From Rhynchopus sp. YZ270_cl-10 (Eukaryota), in the NCBI GenBank assembly GCA_964035575.1, contig OZ037839.1:1798001-1862000 (forward strand): a stretch of DNA of 64,000 nucleotides, read 5' to 3'. The position numbers were made by a program, and so were the translations under genes. Every line of letters begins with the position of its first letter. The stretch's first letter is position 1. The notes beneath the pieces were generated by a model. The model was not told the DNA's origin, made no database searches, and saw only the letters and a list, made by a program, of their open reading frames with translations. This document shows, piece by piece, positions 43,315-55,933 of this stretch.

Positions 43315-46300
43315 TATAGATGTGTTTCTAAAAGATTCATCGTCCAATTTTTTGTCATTTTTGTTTTTGGTTTGCTGTGTTGTTTTTTTTTTTCTTTGCA
43401 TAGAAACCTGTCTTCTTTTTTTGACATGGTGATTTTGTTCTTTCTGCAAAAATTAAAATAAAACCAAAACGGCACCACAGATATCACGAATGTCTGGCTT
43501 TCCTCGCGGCTACAGCACCAAGAAGCGAGGAACGTCTCCAAGCAAAAAAAAAAAAAGTGGAGATTTCACAACTGTAGCAACACAACCGAGACAACTACAC
43601 TACAATTTATCAAAAATAAAATAAAATCAAAATCAACATCAAAATAGTACCTCACTTCACTTCGATTTCCGCCTTGTCTTTTTTTTCCCCCAGGTGAGTC
43701 TCATCAGGATTCCTGCGAGAAGAAAAATCGTGGCTGCTCTCTATGTGATAGTTTGAAATCGAACAAATTTTTTTTTCCCCAGGTGACTGACTAAGGCTCA
43801 CCTTACCAACCCTTTCTCGTATTGAAACGGGTGGGGGTTTTCTTTTCTCCCCCTGTTTCATTTTCCCTTCAATATTTTTTTGACCAAGTAACAAAAAAAA
43901 AAGGTGAAAAATTAAAAATTTCCAGGGTCTCTGACGCTTTCCCCTCCCTCGCTCTCCCTTTTTTTGATACCCTCCTGTGTCCCTCTCTCCATAGCGAGAG
44001 CCTGACCAGGGTATTTTGTTATTATTTTTTTCGTGCTTTCATCCAGATGGCATCGTACAAGTGGTTCCGTCGGAAGTGTGCCTGTATAAATTATTCTCTT
44101 CTCGGACTACGCACAAAAGGCTTTAGTTTGCTCTTACCACTATTTTTTATTACGCACACTACTTTTGTGAGCGGAAAGTGTCACGTCGTTCACCCAACTG
44201 TGCTCCACAACACTACCCAACAGATGAGGAGACAGTGTGTGTGTGGAAGCATCAACAACTACAAGAAGAGGGGGTGAGGAAACGACAACACTTTTGTTGA
44301 TGCGTGATGTACGGTGAGGCGTTTGCACTTTCAATTTCTCTTTTTTTTTAAAGCTGCAAATGTGAACTTCACCTTTATACTTTTCTGTGTACCGTGCAAA
44401 TCCGTAAAAGCTCTTTCTGAAGAGGGGACTAGCTTGGCTGGGTCAGCGGGTCAGCTGACCCACTTCCTGTACTTAAAAAAAAAAAAGTGGGTCAGCCGGA
44501 AAAAAAAAAAAAAAAATTGGATTTTGGATTTTAGAAAAAAAATTTTTGGGAGCTCGACTACAGGGAACTCCCCCCGAGCCTGTTCAGGCCTGACGCTAAC
44601 CATCATCCATCATCCCACGGAAAATGGCTTTCCCCCCCGACCAAAAACCATCATCCTGCCATCATCCCACCAAAAATCTGAGAATTCTGTAGGGTTTTGC
44701 ACGTGGGAAGAGTCTAGAGGAGGACCCGGGAGGCTGTACCTTGTTTTTATTTTTTTGCCTGCGCCATTTTTCCTTTTTTGCTCCGCAAAAAAGGGTTCGT
44801 TGAGTGACTCTGTGGTGTAAAAAGCTAGATTTTTACACTGCACCGCAGGGGTCCTCACGCTGTTCTCAAAAAAATTTAAAATGGTAACTTCAAGGTCACT
44901 TCTCGTTTTTTGGGGAGGAAAAAAAAAACTTTCCCCCCTCAGAGGCGGTATGGCAACAACACAAGTGAAGTTGAAAAGCTGCAAATCCTCGGACATACAC
45001 TGGACGTTGGTTATCGCCGGACGTTGGTTATCATAGGGACAGGGTACTAGATACATTTTTTTCTTGTGAGGCAATTTTCGCAGCGGTCTGTGTCACCGTT
45101 TTGGTTCCTGGCGAAGCCACGGTACGCAACATTTCTAAAAAATGTTGCCATAAAATGGCACTATCGTTGGTAATTATCGTAAGTTTCCGTAAATTACTTG
45201 CGTATTTTGCTAAAACGAAAGTTTCTGGCGAAGCCACGGTACGCAATATTTCAAAAAAATTCGCTTAAAATTGTACATGGTAGCAACCTGCAGCCCTGCA
45301 GACCACTGATCTTGACAAAAAAGAAAAAAATCCCAGACCCTCCAACGTGCTCCCAGTGTATGTTAAGTAACCTAGGTCACTTCGTTCCGGATTTCAAAAA
45401 ATAAAAAAGGTCACTTTTTAGGGCACTTTTCGAAGGTCACTTCGAAGTGACCTTCGAATTTCAAAAAAATAAAAAAGGTCACTTCGGAAGTGGTAAAAGT
45501 TACCACTCTTAGGACCCCTGACTGCACCCTATTTTTTTTTCGCCTGCGGCGCCATATTATATTACTATTTTTTGCTCCGCAAAAAAAACCCTGGATGAGA
45601 CCGTTCGTGCAAAATAACACTGTCCGAAACACCCGTGACTACACGGCGGTGAGGCGGTGCATGAAAAACTGAACCAAGGGTTCAGTTTCTTTAAGTCTGC
45701 CTCGAGGAAGAAAGCTCTGAAACTCATACAGATACCAGTGGTAGTTTTCCGAGAGACCACAAAGTGAGGCGGGCAAACAGCACATTTCGGAGGATTACTG
45801 CAACACTGACCGAATTTTGACCGAATTTTGGCCATTTTCGCGAATATCCCCCACCACAAGCTGGGATTGGAGAAAATAGCTCGTAGAACGCCGCTAAACC
45901 ATCTTCTGTAGTAAAAAACTCGCTGACCCACTTTCATGGAAAGCGACCCACTTCTGGAATTTTCCCCAAAACCAAGCTAGTGCCCTGCTCTTTCAAAAAA
46001 AATCAAAAAACAAAAATGGATTTCTTCCCCTCCTTTTTTACGTACACCTCTCTCCAGGGTTTACTCTCCATCTCCCGCTAAATGCTGATACACAAATGGA
46101 TGTGGGACTGCATGGTTGGGATCCACCCGGTACATCCGGAGTCTTTGTACCAATGTACACTGTTCACAAGAGGGCTTTGTATTTCAACTCTACCGTTTTT
46201 TTTATTTTTGCGCCATTTTCATTTTTTTGTTCCGCAAAAAAGGGTTTGATGTGCTCATACCCCTGCTTGTCTTGGTCGTCTTGATCGCCGTCCCAGGGGT

Positions 46301-47225
46301 GAATGTGTTGCTCTTGATGAGTTCATCGTGGAGGCTAGAGGTAGTAGTTGGTAGGCAAATTGCGCCGAAGTTTGTGTTTTGCTTTGTTTTGTTTTGTGAT
46401 TTCCTCTTCAGGGCATAACCTTACCCTGATCCGCCACGTCTTCTTCCTTCTCAACCTCACACGGATCTCCACGTACAAGAGGGTCCACCTCTTTCTTCTG
46501 TTGTTGCACCCGAACAGTTGGCTGACAGTCGAAAAACTGACCCCCCCATACTTGGAGCGTACCAGCTTGCGTACCATTAAAATGGTGCACAAAGCAAATA
46601 ATGGTCGACGGCTGCCACCATTGTTCACTTTCTCCTGCATCTGGTACAACGTGCGGGACGAGGTTATAGAGGCCTGACCCTCTATAACCGTCATCACGTC
46701 AGCTCCGTTGTGCACTTCGCGTCAGACTTCAGGTCTAGGTGGAGCAGTAAAGGGTTGCCTGCATACCCAAATGATGGCAGCAACGCCCACCCGAGGTACC
46801 GACGGGAGGCCGGTGGCGTCAGCTCCGAGCCCAAGGGCTTCGCTTTGCACTGCTTTCTTCAATCAGCTCCTTTGATGCCCTCAACGAAGAGGTTATTTGT
46901 GCATGAGCCCTATACTTATGCTACCAATTTATTGATTGACATGTTGAAACACTTTTTTGCTCGAAGTGTTATTGTAAACTAACCATATTTAAAACCAACG
47001 ATAGATCTGTCTTTACGCTTCCTTTTGAATCCTCTTCCTCATCCATTATCATATGCGTCATAGGCAAAGAGCCTAAATGGCTTCGGTCAACGAAAAAAGA
47101 CATAGTAGTAGAGTAAGGACAGATCAGTTGGTATAATGTTTGGTTTTTTTGTTGTATTTTCTCAAAAAACACTCACACATCCTACAGAGTTGGCACAAAA
47201 ACAAAGACTCCCCCAACACAACACA

Positions 47226-48275
47226 ATGGACCTCTGCATCGTTCACAGTGAGACAGACGTACGTTGTGTCGTGGAGGTAGGGCTGGACGAGACAGTCGCC
47301 TCCCTCACTGCCCGCGCCGTCTCCGCACTCCAAGAGGAGACCGGCCACCACGACAGCCACAGCCTCAAGGCCACCCTCAGCCTCGCCTCAGCCTCCTCCT
47401 CATCCTCCTCCCCTTCCTCCTCCTCCTCGTCACTGCTATCGGAGCTGGAGGACACTTCACGCATTGCAGATTGCATGATCGAGGCTGGCGACGAAGTTGT
47501 CCTTACCCTTGGCCCCACACAACGTGATCGTGAGTCTGCTGCAGAGCTTCTACGGCTTTGTGAAAAAAAGCATGCATTTAGCGGTGCCTCCAGCTTCTCG
47601 CATGAAGAGCTTGTTGAAAAGGTGTTGGCATTGGATCCGTACAATTCGCGTGCATTAGCGTTGCGTTGTTCATATGAAGTGCACAAGGCAAACCCAGGGA
47701 TGAGCCCGGCAGATCGATGCAAACGGGTTATTTCGTTGCATCCAACGGATGCATATTATTATAACTCATTGGCAACGCATATTAAGAGAGGCGAAGCAAC
47801 AGAGTTGGAAGATGGGAGGATCATGACGAAGCAGGAGTTGTATCAGTGTGCGTTGAGGTTTGATGATTCATGTGCATTAGCGTATTGCAACTTAGCGGCG
47901 ACGTTGGAGTCGTTCGAGGCCACGACAGAGCTGCACGGTGCCGAGGTGACCCAAGAGGAGCTGTACCTTCGCAGCATCGATGCCGACTCCAGCTCCTGGT
48001 TCAGTTTCTTCTACCTTGCGAGGTCGCTTCCGGAAGGGCACTGTGTGACCCTTCATGATGGCACATCAATGTCAAAAGTGGATCTCCTCAAGCGTGTGCT
48101 CGCGCTCCACCCTGCGTGCACAGAGGCAGCGAAATGTCTTGCGCATATGATACCCGTAGGAGGTGCGACGGTGTTAGAAAATGGGCAGGTAAAGACCCGT
48201 GTGCAGCTCCTTGGTGCTGGGGAAAATGGGGGGAGAAATAAGGTGGCAAGCCAAGGTTCGTGTTGTATTTCATAA
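47226..48275 (+). CDS. UBL + TPR-like repeat protein with C-terminal CaaX-like CCIS (349 aa)
   Basis: MDLCIV...VVEVGLDETVASL...IEAGDEVVL; repeated helical units (VLALDP, AYYYNSLA, AYCNLA) each followed by LxDGxxMTK-type segments. Confidence 0.8.
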   Translation: MDLCIVHSETDVRCVVEVGLDETVASLTARAVSALQEETGHHDSHSLKATLSLASASSSSSSPSSSSSSLLSELEDTSRIADCMIEAGDEVVLTLGPTQRDRESAAELLRLCEKKHAFSGASSFSHEELVEKVLALDPYNSRALALRCSYEVHKANPGMSPADRCKRVISLHPTDAYYYNSLATHIKRGEATELEDGRIMTKQELYQCALRFDDSCALAYCNLAATLESFEATTELHGAEVTQEELYLRSIDADSSSWFSFFYLARSLPEGHCVTLHDGTSMSKVDLLKRVLALHPACTEAAKCLAHMIPVGGATVLENGQVKTRVQLLGAGENGGRNKVASQGSCCIS

Positions 48276-48428
48276 AATATGGTGAATATTTTTTTGGAAA
48301 AGCAGCAAAAAAAACGTTTCATTTTTCTCTTTTTTGCATTTTTTTTATATATTTTGAGTGATTTGAGTGTAGTGTTCCTTTAGTGCGCTATCAGCGTAGC
48401 AGGACTTTTTGATTTGTTTTTTTATATC

Positions 48429-48542
48429 AGATGTAAACCACGAAATGGATGTAGGACTGCATGGTTCAGGTCCACCCCCAGTACACTCGGTCATTGTACC
48501 AATGTACACTGCCACGAGCGGGCTGTTGTATTTCAAGTCAAG
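48429..48542 (+). repeat. Dispersed ~115 bp repeat; also 46093-46192, 51957-52080, partial 53444-53490
   Basis: aaatggatgtaggactgcatggtt...cattgtaccaatgtacactg..cacgagagggctttgtatttcaactc. Confidence 0.75.
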
Positions 48543-48624
48543 TTTTTTTTTCTTCTTTTTTGTGGAATACTGATTTTTCCTTTTCTTTTCTTTTCTGTTT
48601 TTTTTTTTTTGCGACTGCATCTTT

Positions 48625-49338
48625 CAGGGCAGGAGCTTGGAATATGGGTTTGGGGCAAAATCGGGTCAAATTCTGTTAAATCGGGTCAGGTCCCGAGCTT
48701 TTCCGCCTTCGGCGGAAAAGCTCTTGTGAAGACAAACACATGCAGAATGAGAAGGCGCGTTTCACACGTTGATGATACACAAGTGTTGCACCATCCCCGC
48801 GGAATGCATGTTGCCCTTGACACTGGCGATGAGGTCATCAAGGTAGGGTTGCGCAATGGAGGTGTGGAATGTGTGTGTAGGCCCTCGCCAGTTCAGGTAC
48901 TCTCTCTGGGCAGGTGTACCCTTCGAGCAAACGTCGGAGGGCGTTCCGTATCCCCGGCAACACTTGTCACTGTCTGAGCCCCTCTTTTGGTGTGTCACCC
49001 AGCGAGTTGATCCAATATCTGGATCGTCAGCTCGCGCCAGAAACCAACGGCTAGGTCGAGTTCGGCATCCCTCTTGGGTTCGGGTTTGATCGGGGTGGAG
49101 CGCGCGTTTGAGGGCATTCTGCCTTCATTGAGCTTCGTGCTCGTCGCGGTGGGGTCACATAGTAGTTCCTCATCCTTCTCAGACCCCCTCATGCGACAAG
49201 TAGAGTACCCTATTTTTTGGATTTTCCCCTCAAAAATCTATAGTTTTTTTTTTTTTTTTGCCCTGACCCGTTTTTTTCCATGGGGCCGAAGGAAATCGGG
49301 TCAATCTGACCCGATTTAACCCCCAAGCTCCTCCCCTG
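48625..49338. mobile_element. Non-autonomous hAT-like element
   Basis: 8 bp TSD gcatcttt; TIRs cagggcaggagcttgg / ccaagctcctcccctg. Confidence 0.8.
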
Positions 49339-52300
49339 GCATCTTTGCACTTTTTCTTATCCTTTCTTTACCCTTTACCCTTCACCCCCCACTCCAGCGC
49401 GGGACTAACAGTTCCACTCTTTCAAAATTGTGCACGGGTTTACGCTACGCAACCATCGAACACAATATGCGTTGTTGTTCCTGCAGCTGAGATAAAAACA
49501 AAACACGAATCATCCCATGTTGCGCACCCACATTGCACACTCCCGTCTATGCCGCCCCTCTTCTGTTGTTTTTATACACCTACAAGCGCACCCAATTGCC
49601 CACACAACAGCACAATAAATGAGTTGTTATTTTACTTTGTGGTTTCACCATTGTAACGACAACGGTGAAAACCACAAGTTAAAGCCATCGACTTCCCCAG
49701 TGTGGGGTAGTTTGCAACAGGGTTCCAGAAAGAAGAGTCTCTCTTCCTGCATGCACCTTCTCCGTTTACCGTCGTGCAACCTCCCACAACCCCACCCTTC
49801 TCAGCGCAAGAAGGAAAATACAGCATCACTCAGGTCCTGCGGTTCCGTTTTTGTTCTTTCTTCCGGTTACTGAGCAATTTCATCGTTGTTCTTTTAGTAA
49901 AGCGACTTTCCAACGGGTGGTTTAGGCTTCATCTCTGACACCCCATTTTGTTTCGTTTTTTTAATATTTTTTCTCAGAAGACCTGCAGCCAAATCAAAAT
50001 TGTCAAAAAAAATACACTATCTTAGGTTACTCTCATTTTCACACGTGTTTGCACTTTTAACGTATTCAGAATGTAATTTTTGTGGTAAATACGTCGAAAT
50101 GCACAATATAGTCACAACCCACTTCAAAGGGGCCAGGTGTACAACGAGCATCCCCCATCCACTGTCCTACAAGGGATCTTCAGGAAAAGGTGGATGACGT
50201 TGTAGACCATTCAAGCTTTCGTTCTTTTCCCCCCTCTGTCTCTCTTTTTTCTTTCCCCTTTTCATTTCCCACCCCCAAAAAAACAAACCAAAAACAAGAT
50301 AGAACGAAACGACGCTCTTTTGTTTCACATACGTATTTAGGATTTAAGGACGAAAAAAGGTGTACAACATGGAAGAGGGGTCTGCTGATCCGCACCCTTG
50401 GCACAGTAGACCCCATGGTAGTTACATTATTTTCTGTAACATTGGTTAGTAATGGAACGTTGACTCACTGAAGCCACATGGGCGTACCTGTATCCGTTTA
50501 TTGTCTTGTTTTTCAACCCCTCGGTACAGCGGATGAAACTAACAACGGAGCACTGTACAGGGCACACCGTATAACATGTTGTATTCAGTATTGGAACAGA
50601 TTTTTCGGTATTTCAACAGCCCCAGGGAATGCCTTTTTATTTTTTTTGCCTGCGTCTGCTATTTGAAAGGTGCGTTTGCATGTTTCAAAAACTTCTCTTT
50701 ATTTTATATCCTTTGGAAATGATGTTCGCACGATACATAACATCATTGCATGCTCAGGATTTCACCCCCTCACCCCCCTCCCCACTTTGTGCAAAATCAC
50801 AACGAAAAAAGGGAAAGTGGAGATTTGCACAAACTGTGGCAACACAACCGAGGCAACTGCACTACTCACAACAATTTATCAAAAGCAAAAGAGAGCATGT
50901 CCCGCGAAAATAAAACAAAAACTGATTTTCAAAGAAATCAAAAGTAAAAAGTACATCATCCCCCACCTTTTTTTGTGTGTTTTTTCTCTTCAAAATTTCA
51001 AACAACAAACGAATAAAAAATATTGGGTCTTTGTAGACGTCCTTTTTGTACTTTTCTCTTCTTTGATTTGAAAGTATAATTATTATGAAACTAATTCTTT
51101 CAGTCAATACCCCTTTTTTTTGCATCGATAGCGGCGTTGTTCCAAAGACTGTGTATTTTTTGCCTTCTTGTATTTTTTTTTGAGCGATGAACATGACAAC
51201 AGTTGAAATGTTCCCTCGGTCTTTCTAGGTCGTTGTGGGACAAGACGGCATTTAGCCTTGTGGAATAGTACCTATATTGGTGGTGTGTTTTATATGATAC
51301 ACGTTCATTCGTTCTTCAGGTGTCTTTTTTGGTTATGTTTTTTTGCTTTATTGTCAAGATGAAAATGACATTATCCCGTATCATACACTGAGGAAATACA
51401 AGCACCGTCAAGGAGCGTGAACCTCGATCACACTTTTTTTTGTGGAAAATATGTGTGTGCATGTCGGGGTGCAGGTTCATCGTTTCAAGTTTTCTTGTCT
51501 TTATTTTCTTCTTTTTTGATACACATACAAAAGTGTCCAGATGCGCGACGTTGAAGTAAATTACTTTATTTGTGGTTTTCACAAGTAAAGTCATTTACTT
51601 CAACGTCGTGTGGGACGCCCCCTCACCCCAGGTGACCCCACCCCTTATTGTGCAATATGAAAGCGTTTCAGCGGTGGGGGTTTTTTGATACACCCTCGAT
51701 TTGTGGGGAAAAAAAGCTTTTTTTTTGGCCCAGAAAGCCTTGAAGGGTTAAAATATAACCAAGGTTGTTTTATTCTCCAGTCCATCTGATTTTTGGCCCG
51801 GTAAGCAACTGACGCTTAGTCTAATGTCCAATCCCATATTCCTGGGCCAAATCGGTAAATGAATTCATAGATGGTAGTCTGGCAGAGTCATCTGGATGGC
51901 TGGCATCGTACGTGGGTCAGTCGGAGGTGCCTGCATTAATATCTTCACTTTTTATTAGATGTAAACCACGAAATGGATTGTAGGACTGTATGGTTGGGTG
52001 TCCACCCCCGGTACAGCCGGTCATTGTACCAAAGGTACACTGTTCACGAGAGGGCTTTTGTATTTTCAACTCTACTTTTAGACTCAGCATTTGCTAAGGT
52101 GCTCTCTGTCTGGCCCAATTTTATAAGACGCTTTTACTGTTAACGACCCCCCCATTGTGGTCGGAGATATCTTTCTTGTAACGATTGTGACGAAGGTTGG
52201 CTAAGCACGACGTGAGACGTGTCGTTTATAAAATCTTCTTTTTGTTTAGAATTACTTATGCGCTTTGCATCCTTTGAGCACGCACTGAATACGCAATTGA

Positions 52301-54264
52301 AATAAAAATACACAGAACTACCGTATTCGTACAAAAAATTATTGACCGTACTAATGTTCGACCTCAGGATTTTTAAGTTCGACCTTTTTTACGGTAGAAC
52401 ATTTTTACGAATACGGTAATCGCACGGTTTCGTGCAGAACAAATTAAAAACATTTTTTTTCCCGCCGCCTTTTTTTTTGTTCAAATAAAAACCCCCCCTT
52501 CAAAAAAGCAGTGACAGGACGCTCCTGTCTATTCCTCGACCAAAAATTTTTGTTTGTTCAAAACAAAATTTGTTTTTGTCGTGCATAGGTGCACGCTCCA
52601 GGTGACCAAGCACGAGAGGCTTAGGTCCATTTTACAAACTCTTCTCATTTTTGTGGTTTGCTTCCTCCCCGCTATCAATTTCCTTTTAACTTAAGAATTT
52701 AGAACAGATCTTAAAAGTTGCGATGTCCCCAGAAAACTGAGTTCAGTTTTTTTTTTCTTCTGTAATTTCGGGGTAGCCAAAAGAAGCGTGGGTGGTCTGT
52801 TGTGATACGTTGTTATCTACAAAAAGAAAAATGAATAAAAAAGGAAGAAGAAAAACAAACAAACTTCAGGTTGATAATAGCGTTCGCTCTTAGATTCAAT
52901 CTTTTCTGTTAAGCTTACTCTAGCCTTTAATTGTGGCATTCTGTGTAGCTTTGTCTTTTAAGAGGCCTCCTGGTCTTTTTTGGGCAAGGTGATCAGTGGT
53001 ACTTAATACACTCCACGAAGCAACCGCGAATGGTTTATAAAAGAACACAATCCAGAACGAACGCAAATGTTGGGCGTACAAAACGATAATATTTGGAACC
53101 CCCCCACGATGGACTACTCAGGCGGGGACTTCTTTGTGCTAAATGACTGGTATTTTACGACCAGTGGGTTGCACCTACCAGTTTAGGACATTAGTCGTTA
53201 TGAGTAGTTACACTGTGTGCAGTAGTCCCTTCTGAACAGTCTGTCGTGCTCCAAATACCCCAAAAACTCCTTTACTCTTCGCCTAAAGTCAATCATTGTT
53301 TTATATGGGTGCACAGTTCGCAACATAGGGGGTTTTCCCCTCCCATTCTCACCTTTTATAGATGAGTGCGTCGAGACGCTCTCTAATCTTACAAAGAGAC
53401 AAAATAGACAATATTGTTTTCTGTGACCCCTTAAGCTTTTTTTGGTACACTTGTCACGAGAGGGCTTTGTATTTCAACTCTACTTTTAGATGTGCACGCA
53501 ATGCGCAGATATATTTCATTTCTTTCAAAAAAAATTGTTTTTCTTGTTTTATTTTTTCGTGATATTCTCGTTTATGTAATCTACTGGACACAGCTTTTCT
53601 TTGTTCAGAGGATGCCCTCATAAAGGGCTATACTGTTTTCTTCAAAAGGCGCGGACCCAGGATCATACGTCCTCCCCCCCTTTTTGTCAGATGACTCCGA
53701 AGAACGAAAGGCTTAGGTTCATCTTTACCAACTTTTCTCTTTTTTTCTTGTGCTGTACCCTACTTTTTGCAAAAAATCAAAAAGATTTTTCAAAAAAAAA
53801 AAAAAAAGAAGACGACAACGTTGACTGATGGACAAAAAGACTCCATCTTTCGATTGAAAATATTATCTAAATCATTGTCATCCTTTCTTCACCGCTGAAA
53901 GTGACACAAAAAGGATGTGAATACTGTCCGTACTGCAGTAAAATTATTCAAGAAAAAACACAAAAAAAAAAAAAAAATCGAACTGTGGAGCAAACATCGC
54001 TTCGTGTCTATATGATGATCAAATGCGTTTCAAGATATTTTTTTCCAAAAGAATGTTCCCCATTTCCCCCTTTTTTTGACAGGGCTTCTATCAACGATGT
54101 GATACGGATAGATACAGGATATGGGTGGGTCAGTGATTCCACAGAACCGACACCATTGATGTGTCTCAACCAAAACCAAATCAGTTAAAAAAGAGAGAGT
54201 TTTTTTGAAGTAAGGAAGAACACAACACACACACACCCACCCTAGGTACACACTGTGCTTTCTC

Positions 54265-55371
54265 ATGTTTTCTGTCGCTGTTGTGCTCCTCTCCGTGGGG
54301 CAGGTGTGCACCATATACTCTTTGGCACCTGTATGTCCTGCGGTGAAGCAGCCGTTTGCCGACTCCTTTGTGTCGCAGCCTGCACCTTCGAATGATACAG
54401 TGCCGGCGACGTGTGGAGGGTCGATCTTCTGCAAGAGCGCCTTGACGCAGTGGCAGCAGGCACGCATCCTGGCTGCGCACAATGCATACAGAGCGTACAA
54501 CGGCGCCTGCCCGCTGGTGTGGGACGACGACGCTGCGGCGTGGACGCTTGCTTCCTTGGGGTTCATGGAGATGTGCTCGGCAGGCGACGCGTCGCAGGGC
54601 AACACTGCAGAGGAGCTTGCTGCTCAGAACTACTCAGAGGCCACAGCAGCCCTGGGCGAGTCTCCTGAGAACCTGCTTGAGGTGGACGTGGCGCGTGCCC
54701 CGTTCATGTGGTACTGTCTCGAGGAGGCGTGCTTCCGGTACAGCGACGTCGCCACAGCGCAGCCCAAGACGCTCGCCTTCACGCGTCTCGTGTGGCAGGC
54801 CACGACCTCCCTCGGCTGTGCGGTGTGCCAGAAGAATGTGCTCGGGGCGGTATCTGTGTACGTGATGTGCAACTACAAGACAGGTGGAAATGTGGCCGGT
54901 GCCTTTGCGCAGAACGTTGCGGCATCAGGCACACAGGCGGAAGGGTGCACGGCACAGACAGAGGTGCCGCAGCTCTTGACAGAAGCGCCGCTGACAGAAG
55001 TGCCTGCACAGGGTGCGCACACGGCGACGCCAGAGGGCCCATCGCAGGGGACTTCCGCACCGCAAGCAACTTCAGGGCCGTTTGCTTCAGACTCGCCAGA
55101 TGCTGCTTCGCTATCTTCCTCGCCAGGTGCGTCGGCAGTGCCCGCACCCGCGCACATCACAGCCTCACCCCACGATGCCGGCTCAGACTCAGACTCAGAC
55201 TCAGGTACACACATAGGCATCATCGTGGCTGCCGCTGCTGGTGCACTCCTCCTCCTTGCTGTTGTCCTAGGTGCAGTGTGGTTCTGCATGAGACAGCGAA
55301 GCGATGCCCTGGACACAGCAGTGTCAACACCCTTCCGCGAGGGCGACGTGCAGATGCTGGACGCAGATTGA
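54265..55371 (+). CDS. CAP (SCP/PR-1) domain type I membrane protein
   Basis: Signal peptide; ILAAHNAYRA, PLVWD, FTRLVWQATTSLGCA, VMCNYKTGGN; Ser/Pro/Ala-rich stalk; C-terminal TM helix. Confidence 0.9.
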   Translation: MFSVAVVLLSVGQVCTIYSLAPVCPAVKQPFADSFVSQPAPSNDTVPATCGGSIFCKSALTQWQQARILAAHNAYRAYNGACPLVWDDDAAAWTLASLGFMEMCSAGDASQGNTAEELAAQNYSEATAALGESPENLLEVDVARAPFMWYCLEEACFRYSDVATAQPKTLAFTRLVWQATTSLGCAVCQKNVLGAVSVYVMCNYKTGGNVAGAFAQNVAASGTQAEGCTAQTEVPQLLTEAPLTEVPAQGAHTATPEGPSQGTSAPQATSGPFASDSPDAASLSSSPGASAVPAPAHITASPHDAGSDSDSDSGTHIGIIVAAAAGALLLLAVVLGAVWFCMRQRSDALDTAVSTPFREGDVQMLDAD

Positions 55372-55933
55372 ACGTGCATCCTGGCTACAACGTCGCAGGA
55401 AAAATGTGCGAGGGGGCTTTTTTTTTTCTTCGAGGAGCAGAAAAACCACGTGTGTTTTGTGCATTTACTTGGAATTCCGGGGTTTTTTTTTACACGGGGA
55501 TCAGGTGCGTTTTTCAACCTGGTGGTGAACATCGTGTTTTTTTTGCCCACATGGGGTTTTGTCTGCACGGTGAACAGTATCGAGACAACACATAGGGGTC
55601 AGCACTGCAATATAATCTGTGTATCTTTGTCTTTGTGCTGGACTGGAAATCAAACGCTTTTTTGCGATGCGGGCCGAGAATCGGTTTCTTTACTGCGCAA
55701 CACAGTGCCCGCTGCAGAGGCGTATGGTTCCATTTTGTGTACACTTGCGGGTGCGTATGGGCAACTGTAGTTGCCGCCGTCAACAGTTCCCCCCCCTCCC
55801 CCCTCCCCTCTTGCTCTGCACTGTGCAATTTAGTTTCCACTCCAGTTCTTGCCCAACGTTTTCCCATTTTCCCTGACCATTTTCCCCAACATAAACACCC
55901 AACCACCAAGCACAGAGTGAAGAGTGAAGCAAG

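Noticed and set aside
44424..45987. hAT-like element (actagcttgg / ccaagctagt)
   Set aside because: Only a short inverted match and no exact TSD; probably a decayed TE.
46300..46900. Minus-strand coding remnant
   Set aside because: Fragmented frames with no motif I can recognise.
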